This document shows positions 57,331-64,000 of a DNA stretch of 64,000 bases, piece after piece (position 1 is the first letter of the stretch; every line of letters begins with the position of its first letter). The DNA comes from the human T2T-CHM13v2.0 reference genome, Homo sapiens. Below the pieces are notes generated by a model. The model had not been told where the DNA came from. It was given only the letters and a program-made list of their open reading frames with translations, and did no database searches. A program made the position numbers and the translations under genes. The stretch lies in NCBI RefSeq assembly GCF_009914755.1, contig NC_060925.1; one strand, written 5' to 3'.

Positions 57331-60300
57331 AAAACTAACAAGAAGAAAACAAACAAAAATTTTGAAATGGACAAAAGATGGCAACAAATATTTCACCATA
57401 AAAGAATAGAAGACAAAGAGATGACAAATAAGCATATGAAATAAAAGTACCCAACATCATTTATCATAAGGGAAATGCAAATTAAAACAATGAAATAATT
57501 TATATCTTTATTAGAATGACTAGAATTTAAAATATTTGAAAATACCAATTGCTGGAGTGGATAGAACAATATAATTCTCGTTCATTGCTGGTGGGAATGT
57601 AAAATGGTACAGACACTTTAGAAGACAGTTTGGTAGTTTCTTATAAAGTCAAAAATAGTCTTACAATGCAATTCATCAATCACACTAAAAAGTATTTACC
57701 CAACTAATCCAAAATATTATAGTCACACAAAAAACCTGCACACAAATGTTGATAGCAGCTTTACTCATGATTACCAAAGAATGGAAGCAACCAAGTTGTT
57801 TTTCAAGAGGTTAGTGGAAAAACAAACTGTGGTATATACATACAATTGAATACCATTCAGTGATTTAAAAGGAATGAACTACCACTCTGCATGATACAGT
57901 GGATACATCTTAATGCATATTACTATGTAAAAGGAGCCAGTGTGAAAACGCCACATTTTGTATGATTCTGTTTGTATGACATCCTGGAAAATGGAAAACT
58001 TTGTAGAAGGAAAAAAATTAGTGTCTTCTAGGGGTTTATAGAGGGGATACTTTTGAATGGTTAAATTCTTGTGGGATTTTTTTTGTTTTATTTTGTTTTT
58101 AGAGCTTTGAAAATAGTCTGCATGATGCTATACTGGCATTTACATGATATTATTCATTTGTCAAAACCCCTAAAACTTTATAGCACAAAGTTTGAGACAA
58201 TGTATGCAAATTTAAAAAATAAATTGGGACACTGACAGATCCCATGATAAGATGCCTACTGTGACAAAATAATGTAACTGTGTTGCAAACATATGATGTA
58301 ATCTCATTGAGAAGGGTGGGGTGGGGGGAGATACTAAGCAAATTTGAACATTTCTGGAGACTTTAAGACTAAAGACAACAGGAACTGTATATAAGCATTG
58401 TCCTCCAGTTGGCAAAGTTGTTTCTTTGCTGTTAACAATTCTGGAACTACTAAAGTTATACTTTAGGATCAGATAAATCAGTAAATGGATTGCAAATGTT
58501 GGAAGCCAGACTTCTCACTGTTGGAGTGATTGTTAAATATAATCAAGCGGTGAAGGCTAGAGTGAGTCATGATACTGGGTTAGAGTTGGAGACATTCGTA
58601 TGAATGTAGGATTAACCTAACATAGCTACAGATGGGAAAATAGAAAACCAGTTACAGATAAATGTGTATACAAGGGCTAGTATACACACACATAGTTCCA
58701 AAATCTGTTGCCAAGGGATCCTAGAAGCAACAACAACCAAGTCATTATGAGTAAATACACCCATTGCCCAGATCTTTGTTTCTAATACTCCTCTGCAATC
58801 GAAGAAATCAGTCACCTTGAAAGAAATGTCTGATTGTAAAACCAGAACAGGAAATATACAGGATAATCCTAGAGGTATTGTCAAAATGAAAGGAAATGTT
58901 GAAAAAAAGAAAAAGAAAAGAAACTACTGAAGCATGTCAAAGGGACATAGGAGCTAACTGAAAGAGTTGAATTGCCAAATTTGGAAAGTTTGAAGAGCAA
59001 AATAAATAATGTAGTATTAGATTATAACCTAAAGCATAAAGTAAATATCTACAAGTTCATATTGACAAAAATAAATGACGGAATAAATGAATAAAAGAAA
59101 ATCGATTTCTCATTTAGAAAAAATCCATATATGTTATGTTGGTATTGCCCCCTCAAGAAGATGGACTATAACTCTTCACCCTAAACATGAGCTATTCATA
59201 GTGACTTTGTTCCAAATAAGACAGTATAGAAAGTTGTGAGGGAGATTTTACAGTGAAGAAACTTACCAATATCTCAGTCAGCTGAAGATGATTAGTATCA
59301 ATGGTGATAACTCATGTTGATAATATATATCTATGATATAATATGATGAGAATAATACTTTACCTCTGTGATCTTCCTCCCTCCAAAACCTAGAACTCCA
59401 CTCTAATCATAAGAACATATCAGACAAATCCCTGTTGAAGAACATTATCTATAAACACCTGACCTGTATTCCTTAAAACTCAAAGTTCTAAGTCAATGAA
59501 ATCAGAGAAAGCATTACAGCCGAGATAAGCCTAAGGCAGCATGATAATATGTAATATGGTATCTTGGATGGGATCCTGAAACAGAAGAAAACATTAGATA
59601 AAAACTAAGAAAATCTGAGTATAATATGAAGTTTTGCTAATACTAACATATCAATATCATTCCTTAGTTTTGTCTTATCTTTCATACTAATATAAGGTCT
59701 TAACAATAGCCAAACTATGTGTATGTTACACATGAACTCTATAAACTATTTTTTAATTTTCTATAAATATAAAACTGTCCTAAAATAAAAGCTCATGTAA
59801 CCAAAAGCAAGCAACAACTGATGCTACATCTGAAAAGCAAGCAAACAAACAAGCAAAAAAAGCTATGTAGTTCTTTGTTGTCCCAAAAGTATAGGAAACT
59901 AACAACGGACAGTCCTTGATCCCAAATTTTCTTTCTAAATTTAAGTTATAATTAAAGACATCATTTTATAATTTTTCTATTGAGATCTTTGCTGGAATAA
60001 AGCCTAGGAACAAATAAACAATTTTTTTATTAAATAATAAGTACTGAGAGTTTCTGAAACATTTCTTTCTTCAGAATAGAAATGTCATTACCACTCCAAC
60101 TTGTTAACAGCTTCTCTTCTTTTTTCTTTTTTTTTTCACAAGGACTAATTCATGGTGAGTAGTGTTACATTCTCTTCTTTAGGCACATCAAGGAGCCCTT
60201 TCTATTACAGTAGATCAAGTATGTATTTCAGTGCTCAATAAATTTTTTCAAGTATAGCTTGTAATAAATGGAAAGTAGAATGAATTTTATTAACCATCCA

Positions 60301-61224
60301 ATATGTATTTTTGTCTAAGAATCTGGAGTAGGAAGCCAATTTGGAAGGCACACATAAATCTTATAAATGTATTGGTAGAGAATCGGTGAGCAATGCTATC
60401 AAACAGAGCATTTCTTATAAATTGATGATCTTCAAGTAGATGGGTATGCTGAGTGCCTGGAATGATAGCCTGAATATTATCATCACTGCCCTTATTATAT
60501 TTTTCAGTGCTATTCACATGTGGAATCATTTGAAAACATTATTAAATAATTATGTTTTTAAAATATGTTGGATTTAATGTTAGAGAGATATCACTTTAAT
60601 TCACAATTATCTTTAGGGTTTCAGCATTACCCAAATTCTAGATATTTTAGTAAAATACAAAATCAATTTTAAATGGAATCAAAATGTCATGATTAGTTAA
60701 TAGAGATTAATAGAAAGCCCTAGATCAGCTCATTTAAGTATAACTATTAATAAAGAAAAGAACAATGAAACTCAGGACATGTGTTCTGGTACTGTAAGTA
60801 GACAGCAGGTATGTAAGGAACAACTTGAATAATACATTCCTATCAGTAGTCACAGGAAGAAAAGATCTTTTAAGTCCAAGTGAAATACAGAAAATGATTG
60901 ACCATGAATAATTATTAATGCTCCTTTTCATTAAAAATACCATTATGTTATTATGAAAGAATCCACCTGTTATTTTAAAATAATTTTGAAGTATTTTAAA
61001 ATAAAATATAATGCCACAAATATTTTAGGACACCAGAATTATATACATTTACTATACTTGTTGCTGTGGCCGGGTGCGGGGGTCGGGTTGCAAATGTTAG
61101 ACACTATATATCTGAGTGTATGTGTATATGTGTTTGTGTGTGTGGGTATCACAATTTAGAATAAAATTTATTTTAAAAATAAACACACACAATGATATCA
61201 TATCTCTGGTTTTGCAGTCCACAA

Positions 61225-64000
61225 ATTGCCAAGTGTCTATTATTTTGCCAGGCATCATTCTAGGTGCTTAGACTATATAAAGGAATAGAACAGACAAAAA
61301 TATCTGCCTTATTTCCTTATGGAGTTTACTATAATTATTAATAATAATGTTAATATTCTAGTATAATGTTGTACATGAAAGGAGGCCAAAGAAGACAGAC
61401 TACAAACAATTAATTTAATAAATAAGTGTATATGTTAGAAGGTGATAACTGCTGTTGAAAATATTTTTTAAGTAGAACAGAGTAAAGGATATTTAGAAAA
61501 CAAGGGGCTAGGGGAATGTGTTCAAAGTTTAAACTGGTCATTCATGGCAGCTGTTATCAAGAAAATGATATTAAGTAAGGACTTGAAGAAAACCAGGAAG
61601 CTAGTAATATGGATATTTGTACTAAGGAAGTTCCAAGCAGCAGTAACATCCAACACTATAGCACCAAATCAGGATAATGCTATGGGATCCAGGAACCACA
61701 GAAAGACCAGTGTGGTTTGAGCAGAGTAAGCAAGGTAAATTATGTTGGGAATGAAGTTGAGGGTAACAGAGTTCATGCATGGTGCTAGAGGCAATTTAAG
61801 AAACTTTCCATTTTACTCTGCGTTAAATGGAAGACATTGAAATGTTTACAGCAAAGAAATGGCCTGATTTGACTCACAATTTATAAATATTATTAATAAT
61901 CTTATTGATCTTTTAAGATTTAGACTATAGGAGAGCAAAGGTAGAAGCAAGGAACCCAGCTAAGAAGCTAAATTGCTGTAATGAAGGCATTAGTCATTTA
62001 GGAGAGTAGTTGGAATGGAGATGACAAGATGTGGTCAAATTCAGGATCCATACATAAGGTGGAGACAGCAGGATTTACTGGCATTTTATTAAGATGTGAA
62101 ACATGACAGAAATCAAAGATAATTGCAAAAAAAAATTTTAACCTCATCAATAGAAACAATAGAGTTTCCATTATATCAAATGAAAAAGAAAACTTCTCAT
62201 TTCCCAGAAGGAACAGGGACTTCTGATGTCTAGTCTGGCATATAAGGAGTTTGGAAGTCTTCACTCTATCTTAACAAGAAAAAAGCAGAACAAACTGGAA
62301 GATCAACAACTCTTCTTAGATCTGTCAGAGAAGTGATGTCAAAAGCAAAATCACTGTCCCCTAAAATGGGAGAAAATGACAGGTGAATACAGACAACTTA
62401 CTGGAACAAAAACCCATGCGCAGGAACCTCTGCAGGAACCAGTACCAGGATAGGAAAATCTAAACTCCCACTGAACATTTGCTGAAGGCTTAGTGTGGAC
62501 AAATCTGTCTTAAAGGAGTCTCTGCACTTTTGTGAGTTTTAAATCCAGGAGCTCTATGAGGTTTGAGGAGGAAAAAAGTGAACATTTTGAAATGTACCAG
62601 AGTATTCTCCTTTTTTTTATCAAGGCCTGCCCTCAAGAGAAACTATTTTATCAGAACTTAACCTATTGGGCTTTTATTAGAGCCTAACCAACCTAAGGGG
62701 AGGAGAAGTACCCAACTCCAACCTCCTCTGCTCATCCTGTTCCACTTAGGGGATGGAATGGGGTCAGAATGAGAAGTATTTTTAAAGTTCACAGCACAAC
62801 AGCACAGGCTCACTAAAAGAATGAAACTTAAAGTTAGACCTATGGAATACTTCCCCTTGCCCCATACTTTATGACCACATTCCTAAAGTCCTGTTTGCCT
62901 GTTTCTTTTACCCAGTCTATTATGTCTGACTTTCAAAAAATTACAAGGCATGCGAAAAGGCAATAAAAACAAACCACACAGTTTGAAGAGAGAGAGGAAC
63001 CATCAGAACCAGACACGTCTGGGATGTTGGAATTATTAGATAGAGACTTTAAAACAACTATGATTAACACACTAAGGGCTTAATGGAAAAAGTATACAAC
63101 ATGATGGGCAATGTAAGCTGAGAGATAAAAAAAAATTAAAGAGTCAAAGAAATGTTAATGATCAATAACACTAAGGCAGAAATGAAGAATGCCTTTGAAT
63201 GGCACATTAATATACTGGGCATGGCTGAAGAAAGAATCTCTGATCTTTAGGGTATATCAATAGTAACTTTCAAAACTTTAAAGCAAAGGAGAACAGATGG
63301 CAAAAACAGAATAGAATATCGAAAACGTGGGACAACTACACAAGGTGTAACACATGTGTAATGAGAATATAGGAAGAAGCAGAAAGAGAGAAAGAGAAGA
63401 AATATTTAGTGCAATAATAACTGAGATTTTCTCAAAATTATTGCCAGGCACAGAACCACAAATCCAGGAATCCAAGAGAACGCCAAGCAGAATAAATGAG
63501 AAACAAAACAAAACTACACTGGACAGGAAATCAAGACAAAAAAATTTGAACGAAGCCATAGGGGAGTAGGGAACCCCTTAACATAAAGAAGAACAAAGAT
63601 AAGAATTACATCTAACTTCTCAGCGAAGCTATGGGAAGGGAGATTTGGTAAAATTAAGGCTGTAGATTCAAATAGTTTTGAGTTTGAGATGTCTATCAAA
63701 CTCCAAGTGAAAATGTACAGTCAGATAGCTTCAGAAATTTGTAGTGTAGGAGAGATCTGTGCTTGAAATATACATTTAGGAGTCAATGTCATGTAGACAA
63801 CACTTAAAGCTACCAGAGTGGATAAGATCACTGAGAGAGTAAGTATTCATAGAGAGGAGAAAACAAGGCTGATCTCTGAGGCAAACTAACTTGACACTTT
63901 CAAAGTAAAAAGAAGGAGCAGCCAAAGAGCCTGAGAAGTGCCTTGTAAAGCAGAAGAAAACCCAAGAAACCTGGTGTCCTAAAAGCTAACTGAAGAGTAT
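61225..64000 (-). mobile_element. L2 (L2a-like), interrupted at ~62190-63630
   Basis: tgccaggcatcattctaggtgct...cagacaaaaatatctgcc; resumes gagtttgagatgtctatcaaactccaagtg. Confidence 0.8.
62218..63630 (+). mobile_element. L1MC-type 5'UTR plus partial ORF1, with no 3' end
   Basis: L1MCa-like 5' end (gacttctg...gatcaacaactcttcttagatc), ORF1 remnant ending ataagaattacatctaacttctc. Confidence 0.7.

Overview
AT-rich primate (very probably human) genomic DNA, intergenic or deep-intronic, and mostly transposon-derived: Alu (J/S/Y), L1 of many ages, L2, MIR, MaLR/ERVL/ERV1 LTR elements and Tigger/hAT relics. I see no host protein-coding exon, RNA gene or CRISPR array; the long ORFs are L1 ORF2 fragments or repeat/low-complexity artefacts. 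Main structures: (1) a nest in which a minus-strand L1MC-type element hosts a two-LTR MST provirus, an MSTB LTR and a full-length L1MA4-like element, which in turn hosts a 5'-inverted (twin-primed) L1PA and an AluSg; (2) a near full-length L1PA4-like element at 36900-43005; (3) a two-LTR MER61 provirus with a tRNA-Lys PBS inside another L1MC-type element. The most interesting signal is that the two L1PA copies, about 19 kb apart and inverted, share a ~550 bp tract of about 98% identity carrying many private substitutions, while both keep their own TSDs. This points to ectopic gene conversion, and the pair offers both direct and inverted homology for rearrangement. Subfamily names come from recalled consensus sequences and need RepeatMasker/Dfam confirmation.
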